Below are positions 1 through 8,758 of a DNA stretch of 64,000 bases, piece after piece. Within the stretch, counting starts at the first letter, position 1. Every line of letters starts with the position of its first letter. Below the pieces are notes generated by a model, which did no database searches, was not told the DNA's origin, and was given only the letters and a program-made list of their open reading frames with translations. This DNA is from a virus. Location: positions 123,451-187,450 of IMG/VR virus record IMGVR_UViG_3300008267_000004. One strand, given 5' to 3'. The position numbers and the translations under genes are program-made.

Positions 1-34
1 CTGCATTTCAGAGAGTTTATACATTCTCTCTCCT

Positions 35-250
35 CTAAATTTCATTTGTTCCCTCGCAAACATATATTGGTTTATTTCTAAAATCTCCCATATATTCTTT
101 CCCATCTTCATAGATCTCATATTTAATAGAGTTAGAATGTAGCATAAGCTCACCAACAAATTTAGCTTGATCTAGAGTACCATATATTTTCACTCTTTCA
201 GCAAAATAGCCATCTCTTTTTCGGGAAGTTACTAGCCAGATTTTATTCAT
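35..250 (-). CDS. hypothetical protein
   Basis: 71 aa ORF with GGAGG Shine-Dalgarno (SD) upstream. Confidence 0.6.
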   Translation of the reverse strand: MNKIWLVTSRKRDGYFAERVKIYGTLDQAKFVGELMLHSNSIKYEIYEDGKEYMGDFRNKPIYVCEGTNEI

Positions 251-267
251 ATCGCCTCCAATAAAAA

Positions 268-295
268 GGGCAGCATATCTTTTGATATGCTGCCC
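268..295 (-). terminator. intrinsic terminator
   Basis: 12-bp perfect stem GGGCAGCATATC/GATATGCTGCCC, 4-nt loop, U5 tail on the minus strand. Confidence 0.8.
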
Positions 296-312
296 ATAAT
301 TATATTCTATTT

Positions 313-648
313 TTAACGAGCGCGGACTTCTAGTTCGCGGTCAAGGAACGCCTTGAATGCACGGGCTTCTGATAGTGTCATTACAAAACGACGAGAAGGG
401 CCGTCCGCATCTGTTGGCTTCCAAAGAACTACATTGCTGTAGTCACCGTGTCGGGTGTCGCCACGACGAATACCCATACCAATGCGCTTTAGTTTGCGCT
501 CGCTCTTGTAAACACCACCATCATATTCAGATGGATCAAAAACTTCAACCTGACGCTTTTGAGTACGTGTTGAAGTTGGGCGGCTTGAAGAGCGATCTGA
601 AGAACGGTTGTTAGAACGGGTGTTGGTGTTAGTGTTGCGTACTGACAT
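313..648 (-). CDS. small basic protein, possibly PC4-like ssDNA-binding fold with a disordered Arg/Ser/Thr-rich N-terminus
   Basis: Start reassigned to ATG at 648 (SD AAAGGA; the longer ORF overlaps the SWIM gene). C-terminal beta-beta-helix pattern VVLWKP...FVMTLSEARAFKAFL. Confidence 0.45.
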   Translation of the reverse strand: MSVRNTNTNTRSNNRSSDRSSSRPTSTRTQKRQVEVFDPSEYDGGVYKSERKLKRIGMGIRRGDTRHGDYSNVVLWKPTDADGPSRRFVMTLSEARAFKAFLDRELEVRAR

Positions 649-652
649 ATTA

Positions 653-988
653 TCATCCTTTGCCTTTGGGGCGGTTAAAAACAGCTTTCTGCACAGCAGA
701 AGCATGTTTGCATTTATTGCGGAAACGATATCCGCTACAATCACAAGTAATTTTTTTATCATTCCATACCTCGACAATATATTTTGATTTTCCATTAGAA
801 GATTTAACGGAATATTTTTGCATTGGTTTCGGTAATTCGGGTCTTTCATAAATTGCATAAAGATGCAAATTTTCACGGGTTGTACCGTTTGGAATCTCGA
901 CCCAATTTCCTCCAACGGCGTAAGTTTTACCTCCAGACACTAAAATAGCAGGAGGCTGATTCATTTTGGCGGGGTAGCTCTCAATCAT
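653..988 (-). CDS. SWIM zinc-finger protein
   Basis: CDCSGYRFRNKCKH matches the SWIM CxC-x(n)-CxH pattern. Confidence 0.75.
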   Translation of the reverse strand: MIESYPAKMNQPPAILVSGGKTYAVGGNWVEIPNGTTRENLHLYAIYERPELPKPMQKYSVKSSNGKSKYIVEVWNDKKITCDCSGYRFRNKCKHASAVQKAVFNRPKGKG

Positions 989-994
989 AGAGAC

Positions 995-1023
995 ATAATA
1001 CCACGCTAAAATAGCGCCGTCAA
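995..1023 (-). promoter_or_regulatory. sigma70-type early promoter
   Basis: TTGACG-17 bp-TATTAT with extended -10 TG. Confidence 0.75.
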
Positions 1024-1069
1024 GGGCAAAAAATACTGTCGATGTTTTTTTACTGAGAGTGGAAGGACA

Positions 1070-1342
1070 CTAATCGTCTAGGTCATCTTCAAACTCATCA
1101 TCTATAAGAGCTTCTTCAAGTAAGTCTTCATCGTCTACTATATCATCATCTTTGCGATAATAATCTTTCTGTGCTTCATTCCAATAAAATTTATCTTCTT
1201 CGAACTCGGCTAGTAGATCTTCTATTTTTTCTTGCTCATCTTCATCCAAGAGATCCATCATATCTTCATATTTATCTCTTGCCTGTTCTACATCATATTT
1301 TCCTGACTCTAAACCTTTTTTTAAAATTTTAAATAATGACAT
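1070..1342 (-). CDS. highly acidic hypothetical protein
   Basis: 90 aa, D/E-rich C-terminal half, SD present. Confidence 0.6.
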   Translation of the reverse strand: MSLFKILKKGLESGKYDVEQARDKYEDMMDLLDEDEQEKIEDLLAEFEEDKFYWNEAQKDYYRKDDDIVDDEDLLEEALIDDEFEDDLDD

Positions 1343-1369
1343 ATATTATCGGCTCCTGCTGACTGTGTA

Positions 1370-1398
1370 TTTATACCACGGAAAAATCGCGGGGTAAA
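1370..1398 (-). promoter_or_regulatory. sigma70-type early promoter
   Basis: TTTACC-17 bp-TATAAA with extended -10 TG. Confidence 0.6.
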
Positions 1399-1407
1399 GC
1401 ACTTTTT

Positions 1408-1917
1408 TCACTCTCTATCTGGAAGTTTATTCGCAATAAATTCATAATGAGAGGAAAATTTATCAGTATATAGATCGATCTTTTTCTGTTCGTCATCCCA
1501 CATCTCAATTTTTTTAATTGTTGGATGTTTTCTTAAAATTTTTCTTATTTCTTCTGTCTTAAAATCTCCTGTATCCATACCCATAGGATTCAATTTAACA
1601 AAATCAAAATTAAGACCTTTAAATTTTATCAGATCCCTAATTCTTTCATCAAAAACAGAATCTACTCTTCCAGTAAGCATGATACAAAATGTTTTTCTGT
1701 CAGATAATTCTTTTTTTGCGGCATCAACAGTGGAATCTATCCAAAATCCATTACCTTTTAATGGTACAGAAGGAGGAGATAATGATATTAGTTCTCCCCA
1801 CCAATTTCTTTTATAACCCTGCGGTTTATTTGGACTTCTAAATAAAGTTCCATCGAAATCAAATACCGATAATTTATTATAATATTCTCGTCTTTCCGTT
1901 AGGGTAATTTTAATCAT
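1408..1917 (-). CDS. HAD-superfamily phosphatase (Swiss-army-knife RNA-repair type, HAD_SAK-like)
   Basis: Motif I DFDGTLF, motif II LTGR, motif III K (FKTE), motif IV MWDD. Confidence 0.75.
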   Translation of the reverse strand: MIKITLTERREYYNKLSVFDFDGTLFRSPNKPQGYKRNWWGELISLSPPSVPLKGNGFWIDSTVDAAKKELSDRKTFCIMLTGRVDSVFDERIRDLIKFKGLNFDFVKLNPMGMDTGDFKTEEIRKILRKHPTIKKIEMWDDEQKKIDLYTDKFSSHYEFIANKLPDRE

Positions 1918-1918
1918 T

Positions 1919-2251
1919 CTATCCTCTTGTTTTTTCGTATTCTAAATATTCTGCCACTGTCTCTATAGCTTCTGTAGCAACTGCAATTTTCTCTTGAACC
2001 CAAGGTTCTAAATCATCTTCATCATTTACTAACTTAGATAGCATTGAGGCGTGTTTCATTAAGTTATAAACATTACTTCTAGCCATACGACCATCTGAGT
2101 CGTAGCTTTCTTTATCGGAGTCTCCTAATTTTAGTTTTACTACACCACCTCCAGTGAATGGCATATCTCCACTTAACATTCCCATATCTGCCATACATTC
2201 TTGTATTTCTTCAGATATAATCTTTTTTAAAGATTCTTTGGTTATTTTCAT
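1919..2251 (-). CDS. putative head-internal protein with leader motif A
   Basis: N-terminus MKITKESLKKIISEE; helical C-terminal domain DGRMARSNVY...LEPWVQEKI. Confidence 0.55.
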   Translation of the reverse strand: MKITKESLKKIISEEIQECMADMGMLSGDMPFTGGGVVKLKLGDSDKESYDSDGRMARSNVYNLMKHASMLSKLVNDEDDLEPWVQEKIAVATEAIETVAEYLEYEKTRG

Positions 2252-2260
2252 ATTTTTTCC

Positions 2261-4282
2261 TCAATTATCAAATATTACAAATACAGGATTTGATGGATTA
2301 CTTTGTGGAAGTATACCAATATTTCCTACATGAGAATCATGTAAATAATTTCCAGTTTTTATAAACAAATAAATTGTCTTTGCTAAACTCACAAATTCAT
2401 TTTTTGTTAAAGCACTTGGATACATTTTCTTTTTTTGCATAAAATCTTTAAATATAGAAGCGATCTTTTCTTGGCTAAAAAGAAAAAACTTTTTACTATA
2501 TTTCTGCTCTATTTCTATCATCATATCCTTACACAATTCATAGTCAGATTCAGCATCATCTGCAGATCTTCTAGTTTCTTCCATAAAATCTGATAATGGA
2601 ATTACTCTAGCCATTTCTACATAATTTACTTGCTCTCCAGCATCAAGTTTTATTTCACCCTCGTCATATATTGGAAGATCTGTAATATTACCAGCACTTG
2701 AGAACATTCTTGCTTTTGTTCCCTTATACCAATACATATCACCACCGCCAGAATAGTCATCCTGATATAGTTTTAATATATGCCCATTATCTAGTAGGTA
2801 GATAAAACCTTTTGTTCCAGCTGTTAACAACTCTTGAATTGGCTTACTTAACACAGGGCATTTTTTTACTAACTCAACGGCATCTTGTAAACTTAAATTA
2901 AAATATTTAAGAATATTTTTAGTTCTTTTTCTTTGCCCAAGCTTTAAAATATCATATTCTTCTACATCGCCAATTAGTTTAAAAAAATTTTCTTTTTGTA
3001 TATCCGATAATGAATCAAATAGTGGATTAGATTGGTTTTCTCCAATTGGACCAAATGATTCGCCCGGTGCAATTGTCGCGCCGCCAGCTTGTTTACTTCT
3101 TTTTCTATAAACTTTAGCTACGCCACCAGTTCTATCTTTACTGTACGGATATTTAGAGGTTATTTTAGCATCTTTATATGGATTTGGCAAGGACTTTTTT
3201 TTACTTAAATTTTTTGGAGATTTTAATTTTGCTAATTTTTTTTCTTGCATTTTTTTCTTTAGAGCTAATCTCTTTTTCTTGACTTTCTCTAAAAATTCAG
3301 AAATCTCCTCTGATAACTCCTCTGTGCCTTGTAGTTCTTTTTCAAAGATTTTATGTATCTTTGCATTCATACTTCTGGACTTTTCCTGTTGTAGTTGTGC
3401 CCATTCAAGATCTAGCTTGTTTCCTGGTTTTCTTTTCGCGTGTTTAGATCTTGAATCTGCTCTTATTTTCCAATAATTACTTAAAGTGGCTTCCCCTAAT
3501 AAATTTTTAGTATTTCTGACTAACATCTCATTGAATGTTTCATCAGAAATTCCTATCTCCCTATCTGTTTTTTTAAACCTGTTAGATGTTATTAATCGAT
3601 CAAAACCTTCTGATTTAGAAGGTTCTTCAAAGTTTTTATATATTTCTTCGTAATCTGATTTAGATACTCCCCTATCAAATTCTGGACCGTATCTTTCTAG
3701 GAAGTCTTTTGCTCTTAATTCCGCTGATCTTAAAATTTGTTTTTCATATCCCTTAAAAGGAAATACAACACCAATTATATTAAAATCGTCCCTGCCAGAT
3801 ATATAATCAATTGTAGTTTTTCTATTGCTTCTAGTCATATGTATTGCATCTACTACAATATTTTTTACATCAGAAGAAATAGCATTTTTTAATTCTGAAT
3901 CATATATGGCATTTAATTCTTCACCAGCAGCATGAGCGTTTTCAAACGCTAATTCTTCTACTTCCTTTCCCTTACTCTTACTGAATCTTGTATATTTTGT
4001 TAATCTTCCAAGTTTCTTTTTTTCTGGATGCTCTTCACCAACTTCAAGATCTTGTGTTGGAACCTTAAAAATATCCTTGTTTGCTAGATTATATTTTGGA
4101 AATATAACATCCTCTATTATTTCATCTTTAGATATAATAATTCTATTGTCCTTAACATTGTTCTCTATCCAGCTAGATTTTCCTACAGCTGGCGGTCCTA
4201 TTAAGACAAAGAAATTTCTTTTAGAAGAATTAGATTCTTCTTTTTCTTCTAATAGCCATTTCTTGAATTTAAATATATTCAC
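2261..4282 (-). CDS. multidomain protein: P-loop (AAA_33/polynucleotide-kinase-like) + basic linker + protein-kinase-like domain
   Basis: Walker A GPPAVGKS, VVD Walker B; C-terminal GTKGFIY / ILKLY / HDSHVGNIG / VIFD kinase-fold motifs. Confidence 0.7.
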   Translation of the reverse strand: MNIFKFKKWLLEEKEESNSSKRNFFVLIGPPAVGKSSWIENNVKDNRIIISKDEIIEDVIFPKYNLANKDIFKVPTQDLEVGEEHPEKKKLGRLTKYTRFSKSKGKEVEELAFENAHAAGEELNAIYDSELKNAISSDVKNIVVDAIHMTRSNRKTTIDYISGRDDFNIIGVVFPFKGYEKQILRSAELRAKDFLERYGPEFDRGVSKSDYEEIYKNFEEPSKSEGFDRLITSNRFKKTDREIGISDETFNEMLVRNTKNLLGEATLSNYWKIRADSRSKHAKRKPGNKLDLEWAQLQQEKSRSMNAKIHKIFEKELQGTEELSEEISEFLEKVKKKRLALKKKMQEKKLAKLKSPKNLSKKKSLPNPYKDAKITSKYPYSKDRTGGVAKVYRKRSKQAGGATIAPGESFGPIGENQSNPLFDSLSDIQKENFFKLIGDVEEYDILKLGQRKRTKNILKYFNLSLQDAVELVKKCPVLSKPIQELLTAGTKGFIYLLDNGHILKLYQDDYSGGGDMYWYKGTKARMFSSAGNITDLPIYDEGEIKLDAGEQVNYVEMARVIPLSDFMEETRRSADDAESDYELCKDMMIEIEQKYSKKFFLFSQEKIASIFKDFMQKKKMYPSALTKNEFVSLAKTIYLFIKTGNYLHDSHVGNIGILPQSNPSNPVFVIFDN

Positions 4283-4284
4283 TA

Positions 4285-4905
4285 CTAACCTCCAACTTTA
4301 ACTTTCATAATCAAGAAGCCGTCTTTAACCTCTGAACTAACAGTACTTGCTTTTCCGCTTGATACTCTGGATCCACCAACATCTCTACCTCTTACCGCAT
4401 CAACAGCCATAGCTCTTGCGTCCATTTGAGCAGACTCTAATCCCATGCTGCCACCTCTTACAGGAACTTTTACGGTTACTACATTTCCATCTACCTTAAG
4501 GACTTCACCTCTTCCAGCTTTTTTGGCAGGGGCTGATGGTTTGACAGAGCCAGCATCAGATCCTAAATCTGCTCCTGATGTTGGTTTTACACCAACTGTT
4601 ACAAATTTTCCTGGGCCGTATCTACTATCTAGTAGATCGTTCATAACATCTCTAACTTCGGAAGCGTTTGCACCTAAATCATCAACAACAATTGAACGAG
4701 TAGATCCATCTTTAACATTCTTGACGGTTACTTTTACTGGTTCTGCTTCTGCTGTATTGGCAGCACCGTAACCCATGCTCATAAGAGCGCCAGCAAACAA
4801 TGCTGCGATGTTTTGTTTTAAACCTTCGAATAGTTCTTCTTGCTCCAACTCTTTTTTAATTTCTTCTGATACAATTTGATTGAGTTTTGATACTGTAATT
4901 TTCAT
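4285..4905 (-). CDS. putative head-internal protein with leader motif A and an internal signal-peptide-like segment
   Basis: MKITVSKLNQIVSEE...LFE then GLKQNIAALFAGALMSMGYGAANTAEA. Confidence 0.5.
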   Translation of the reverse strand: MKITVSKLNQIVSEEIKKELEQEELFEGLKQNIAALFAGALMSMGYGAANTAEAEPVKVTVKNVKDGSTRSIVVDDLGANASEVRDVMNDLLDSRYGPGKFVTVGVKPTSGADLGSDAGSVKPSAPAKKAGRGEVLKVDGNVVTVKVPVRGGSMGLESAQMDARAMAVDAVRGRDVGGSRVSSGKASTVSSEVKDGFLIMKVKVGG

Positions 4906-4914
4906 TTTTTTCTC

Positions 4915-5280
4915 CTACTGTAAGGTTAATAAGTACTTTAGTTTGTTAACTTCTGCTAACATTTCATCTCTTATATTCATAAGATCACTATCGCAACTAG
5001 GATCTAGTATAGCACTGATTCCAATTAACATTTCACAACATGCGTTACAAAATTCTATTGGTTTTAATTCTTGTAAATTTTTTAACTCCAAACTACAAGA
5101 TTCATCTAAAATAAATCTATCATGTTTTCCCATGCATATTTCAACATATTTGTCTATAAGGCCACTTAATGTATCATAAGTAGCACCAAAAGCTTGGTGA
5201 CGAGCATAAGATTTTGTTTGCCAATGAAATATTCTTAACTGCTGTTCCATTTGTATAAGTGAAATAATTATCTTATCCAT
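4915..5280 (-). CDS. ferritin/Dps-like four-helix-bundle protein (DUF5856-like)
   Basis: QLRIFHWQTKSYARHQAFG..YD.L..LID..VE and IRDEMLAEVNKLKYLLTL. Confidence 0.7.
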   Translation of the reverse strand: MDKIIISLIQMEQQLRIFHWQTKSYARHQAFGATYDTLSGLIDKYVEICMGKHDRFILDESCSLELKNLQELKPIEFCNACCEMLIGISAILDPSCDSDLMNIRDEMLAEVNKLKYLLTLQ

Positions 5281-6299
5281 TAAAAATCCCCTGTTTCAGA
5301 ACCATATTTATCTTTATCTGCCATATCTTGCAATTCTAGCTCTTCTGCATATTCAGGAATTTCTTTTGCTAGTGCTTGCTTGTATTCTTCTACTGACATA
5401 TTTTCAAATTCTGCCTCGGAAGGTAAAAATCCATAAATTTGAGGGTATTCATCTGCAAATCTACTTTCAACATCATCATAAATATTTTCTTTCTCTCGCT
5501 GTTTTTTTTGAAAATCTGTAATTTCGGATATTTTTTGCTCTATAAGAGTTCTTATATACTTTTTAGTAATTTTTTGTTTATTCTCTTTCATGGAATCAGC
5601 TACCTTTTTTAAGCTTGGGACATTATCAACAGAAACCACTTCATCAAAACCTTCTGCGGCTTGATCAACTTTTTGAAAACTTTTAAACATTCTATCAAAT
5701 GCAGCTTCTGGGATTGTTTTTGATTTACCTGCTGCTTTTGCTTCGGCTGCGCGTTTTGCTGCCACACTCTTAATTATATCTTCTGCGCCTTCAAAGTTAA
5801 ACACCACAGCGACTTTGTGATAATCACTTTCAGACCCTTCAATTGCTTTTAAAGCTCCTTTTCTAGCTCCTGGAGTCATATTAGTCATATCGACAACAAT
5901 AACTGGTTGTCCTTTTGCTTCCTGAACTCTGCCATTGAACCTTCCAAAGACTCTTCCGTTTGCCTCAATAACTTTGTCATAGGCGGTTGGATTAAAGGCT
6001 GCATGTGGAGGAGATTTAATCACTGTACCATATTTTTCACTAACATCTCCCTCTTTAGCATCTGGTGGAGGAAGCATAAACATATCATCATATGTCCATC
6101 CATAGTCAGCTGCAATTGCCTCTACAATATCATCTCTATTAATAATATATGGATCTTGATTTCCAAAAGTTTTTTGAATCCAAGTAGATTTTCCAACAGA
6201 TGGTGGACCAACTAAAACGTAAATTTTCTTTTTATCCAATTCTTCATTTAGCGTAGAAAACTTCCTCCAGTTTTCCATAATAATTTTCATATTTTTCAT
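5280..6299 (-). CDS. P-loop kinase (AAA_33/polynucleotide-kinase-like) with leader motif B
   Basis: GPPSVGKSTW, IINRDD, IVVDMTNMT..ARK; paralogous to the N-terminal domain of 2261..4282. Confidence 0.7.
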   Translation of the reverse strand: MKNMKIIMENWRKFSTLNEELDKKKIYVLVGPPSVGKSTWIQKTFGNQDPYIINRDDIVEAIAADYGWTYDDMFMLPPPDAKEGDVSEKYGTVIKSPPHAAFNPTAYDKVIEANGRVFGRFNGRVQEAKGQPVIVVDMTNMTPGARKGALKAIEGSESDYHKVAVVFNFEGAEDIIKSVAAKRAAEAKAAGKSKTIPEAAFDRMFKSFQKVDQAAEGFDEVVSVDNVPSLKKVADSMKENKQKITKKYIRTLIEQKISEITDFQKKQREKENIYDDVESRFADEYPQIYGFLPSEAEFENMSVEEYKQALAKEIPEYAEELELQDMADKDKYGSETGDF

Positions 6300-6323
6300 A
6301 TTATTATCCTATATTATATCTTA

Positions 6324-6734
6324 TTACCACTTCCTACATGACCAATATCTAGCTTTTGTTCTTGGACCTGGATTAGCGCAGTTATGACGAGCACGAAATG
6401 ATTTACGACGTTTTGGATTACTTTTTTTAATACGCATATTCTTATCGCCAAAGTTTACTTTTTTAACGTTTCCGGTTGAAGGGTCGCGTACAAATACTTT
6501 AAACTTTTTTACATCTCCCCTCATTGGTTTTCCTAGAGGAACAGTACGTCCTTGATACTTTGCTTCTTCAAGTTTATCTGGGCATCCGCATGTTAATTCT
6601 TCATATAGACATGCTTCGCAAACAAGAGTGCCGTCTTCTAAGGTAGAATCATTATTGCCTAGTTGTTCAACAATTAATGCTTCATGGATGCTTTCTTTTA
6701 CGACTTTTCTTAAGTCTGATTGTGAAATTTTCAT
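6324..6734 (-). CDS. small basic Cys-containing phage protein with leader motif A
   Basis: KKVNFGD...RRKSFRARHNC...KARYWSCRKW, a pattern I recognise as recurrent in large phages. Confidence 0.55.
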   Translation of the reverse strand: MKISQSDLRKVVKESIHEALIVEQLGNNDSTLEDGTLVCEACLYEELTCGCPDKLEEAKYQGRTVPLGKPMRGDVKKFKVFVRDPSTGNVKKVNFGDKNMRIKKSNPKRRKSFRARHNCANPGPRTKARYWSCRKW

Positions 6735-7330
6735 TCTTGTTCCTCTTTTTTAGTTTTCCAAGATACTCTTTTTGAGCTTTTTTTCTGACTAGCCCCTTTT
6801 CTGTTACAAGCACTTGGAGTAGGACGACAGGCCGGATATTTACTTCTTTTTTCACCGTCACTTCTGCCACAGGTTTTACAAGTTTTTCGACCAGTCTTAG
6901 GATTAGTCCTACAGGTATTACAATCTACCCATCCTTTACTTTTACCCTTGCCGCCCTTACGAGCAAACCATCCATGAAGACCTTGAGATTTTTCTTTATC
7001 AAAAGTGCCTTCATCCAGTTCTAACTCTAGAGTTTCATCTACCTCTTCATTTGCTTTTTTTTTACGTCCTACTTTACCTTTACGGCAACGAACAATAAAT
7101 CCTGAAGCATATGCTGAAGGGAATACATCATATTTTTGTTTGGCTAAATGATAACATCTATCTTTTTTTTCATAAATAACACTTTCATCTAAGTTAGAGT
7201 CTTCTTCCATTCCAACGTATTCTAAACGATTATCACCAGCAGAGTCTATCTCTCCCGCTCCTCGTCGTAAATCATCATTTTGTTTATTTAACTCTAAAAC
7301 TCTTTTACGTGAAATTTTTACTTTTATCAT
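6731..7330 (-). CDS. basic Cys-rich phage protein (DUF5872-like PSAYASG module + second module)
   Basis: KKDRCYHLAKQKYDVFPSAYASGFIVRCRK and GLHGWF...GWVDC...CGRS...YPACRPT modules; start set at ATG 7330. Confidence 0.55.
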   Translation of the reverse strand: MIKVKISRKRVLELNKQNDDLRRGAGEIDSAGDNRLEYVGMEEDSNLDESVIYEKKDRCYHLAKQKYDVFPSAYASGFIVRCRKGKVGRKKKANEEVDETLELELDEGTFDKEKSQGLHGWFARKGGKGKSKGWVDCNTCRTNPKTGRKTCKTCGRSDGEKRSKYPACRPTPSACNRKGASQKKSSKRVSWKTKKEEQE

Positions 7331-7335
7331 ACGAA

Positions 7336-7343
7336 TAAATAGT
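7336..7343 (-). promoter_or_regulatory. putative phage late promoter
   Basis: Sense ACTATTTA, the same motif as upstream of the structural genes. Confidence 0.6.
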
Positions 7344-7357
7344 AACATTAAAACAAA

Positions 7358-7381
7358 ACGGGAGGCATTTCTGCCTCCCGT
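7358..7381 (-). terminator. intrinsic terminator after hsp20
   Basis: 10-bp stem ACGGGAGGCA/TGCCTCCCGT followed by a U-rich tail. Confidence 0.75.
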
Positions 7382-7400
7382 CGATTAAAAAATATATCTT

Positions 7401-7784
7401 TTAATTTACAACTACATCAACATTTATTTTTTTTGTCACTGGCTCTTTATGATTCAAAATTACAGTCAGTAATCCATTTACAAGTTTAGCAGAAACAGAT
7501 TCGCTATCAATATTATCAGGAACTAACCAGTTTTCTTCAAACTGTCTTGCATAAGCTGAATCAGTAGAAGGTTTTACCACAATTTTTAGCATTTTATCTA
7601 CAACTTTAACAGATACATCGTCTTTTGACGCACCAATTGCTGGTATTTCAAGTCTATATCCATTATCATTTTTATGTTGTACATATTCCGGCGTTCTGTG
7701 TTGAGGTTTTCGATAATATGTGTGAGGTGTTGTAAATGCTTTTGTTACATCATCAAAAAGTACGTCTAAATTACCAATTGCCAT
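7401..7784 (-). CDS. small heat-shock protein (Hsp20/alpha-crystallin)
   Basis: YRLEIPAIGASKDDVSV...F...W.VPDNID...VSAKLVNGLLTV.L. Confidence 0.9.
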   Translation of the reverse strand: MAIGNLDVLFDDVTKAFTTPHTYYRKPQHRTPEYVQHKNDNGYRLEIPAIGASKDDVSVKVVDKMLKIVVKPSTDSAYARQFEENWLVPDNIDSESVSAKLVNGLLTVILNHKEPVTKKINVDVVVN

Positions 7785-7826
7785 ATATATTTCTCCTTTG
7801 TTGTTGCGGAATCCCGCTCAACAAAT

Positions 7827-7854
7827 AATCTAAAACACAATTTTTGTGTGTCAA
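7827..7854 (-). promoter_or_regulatory. sigma70-type promoter for hsp20
   Basis: TTGACA-16 bp-TAGATT. Confidence 0.55.
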
Positions 7855-7856
7855 GA

Positions 7857-8237
7857 TCAATTTAATTCATACTTAAATCCATATTCTTGAAGCAGTAATT
7901 GTTTTTGTTCCTCTATGGATAAAGAAAATTTCTGTAGAAGGGTCAACTCAAATTTTGTAACTAGAACATCTTTTATGTTATTTTCATTACAGAATTTTAT
8001 TTCTTCTTCTGGTGGGTCGTTTATCTTTTTATCTAATAGTTCCCTCAAAGAGGATAATATAACAACAGTTTCCATAAAATCAGGAATTGGTGTATTTTCC
8101 CAATTATCTATATTATGTTCTAGTATCAACTCTTTTAATTTATCGGCAACCATATAATAATATCTATCAGTGTCAGTCATCAGTTCTATATACTTATCAA
8201 ATAGAATAGTATAATATTGTGGTTGCTCTTTTGCCAT
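7857..8237 (-). CDS. hypothetical protein
   Basis: Helical ORF; start set at ATG 8237, coupled to the upstream stop. Confidence 0.55.
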   Translation of the reverse strand: MAKEQPQYYTILFDKYIELMTDTDRYYYMVADKLKELILEHNIDNWENTPIPDFMETVVILSSLRELLDKKINDPPEEEIKFCNENNIKDVLVTKFELTLLQKFSLSIEEQKQLLLQEYGFKYELN

Positions 8238-8755
8238 TATCTGTTTCCTATACCCCAAAAATTTTCGTTTGATTTAGAATCTGTAACGAGTTCAATAGCA
8301 ATTATTTCTTTATTAAACTTGTTTATGGTTCTAAAACCATATAACTGCAAATTACCATATGGTTTTTTGGGATCTTTTTTCTGACCTTTCTTTTTAGTTT
8401 CGGTCTGATTTAAATAGTTTACACATCTTACAACGATTTGTTCATCTGTAAGACCATTATTTCTATGTTTTTCTAGGTCTGTATCCAAATAGGCCAAAAC
8501 AACAAAAGAGTTCTTACCAAATCTATTTAATGTATATGTAGATTGTGCATATCTACCAGCTTTTTTAATTTCGTTATTGATATGTGAATATTCATTAATG
8601 GGTACAAGAGAACATTCTAACATTTCTTCAGTAGAGAGATCAAATGTAGGAGCTACATATGGTTTAGATTCAACTACAAAAACCTCTGGTGTTTTATTTT
8701 TATCTTTTGGAGGTCGCCCTAGTCTTTTACCGTTTTTACTAAGTTTAACAGTCAT
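8237..8755 (-). CDS. hypothetical protein with an AT-hook-like N-terminus
   Basis: KRLGRPPKDK motif; SD GGAGAGGG. Confidence 0.5.
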   Translation of the reverse strand: MTVKLSKNGKRLGRPPKDKNKTPEVFVVESKPYVAPTFDLSTEEMLECSLVPINEYSHINNEIKKAGRYAQSTYTLNRFGKNSFVVLAYLDTDLEKHRNNGLTDEQIVVRCVNYLNQTETKKKGQKKDPKKPYGNLQLYGFRTINKFNKEIIAIELVTDSKSNENFWGIGNR

Positions 8756-8758
8756 GTA

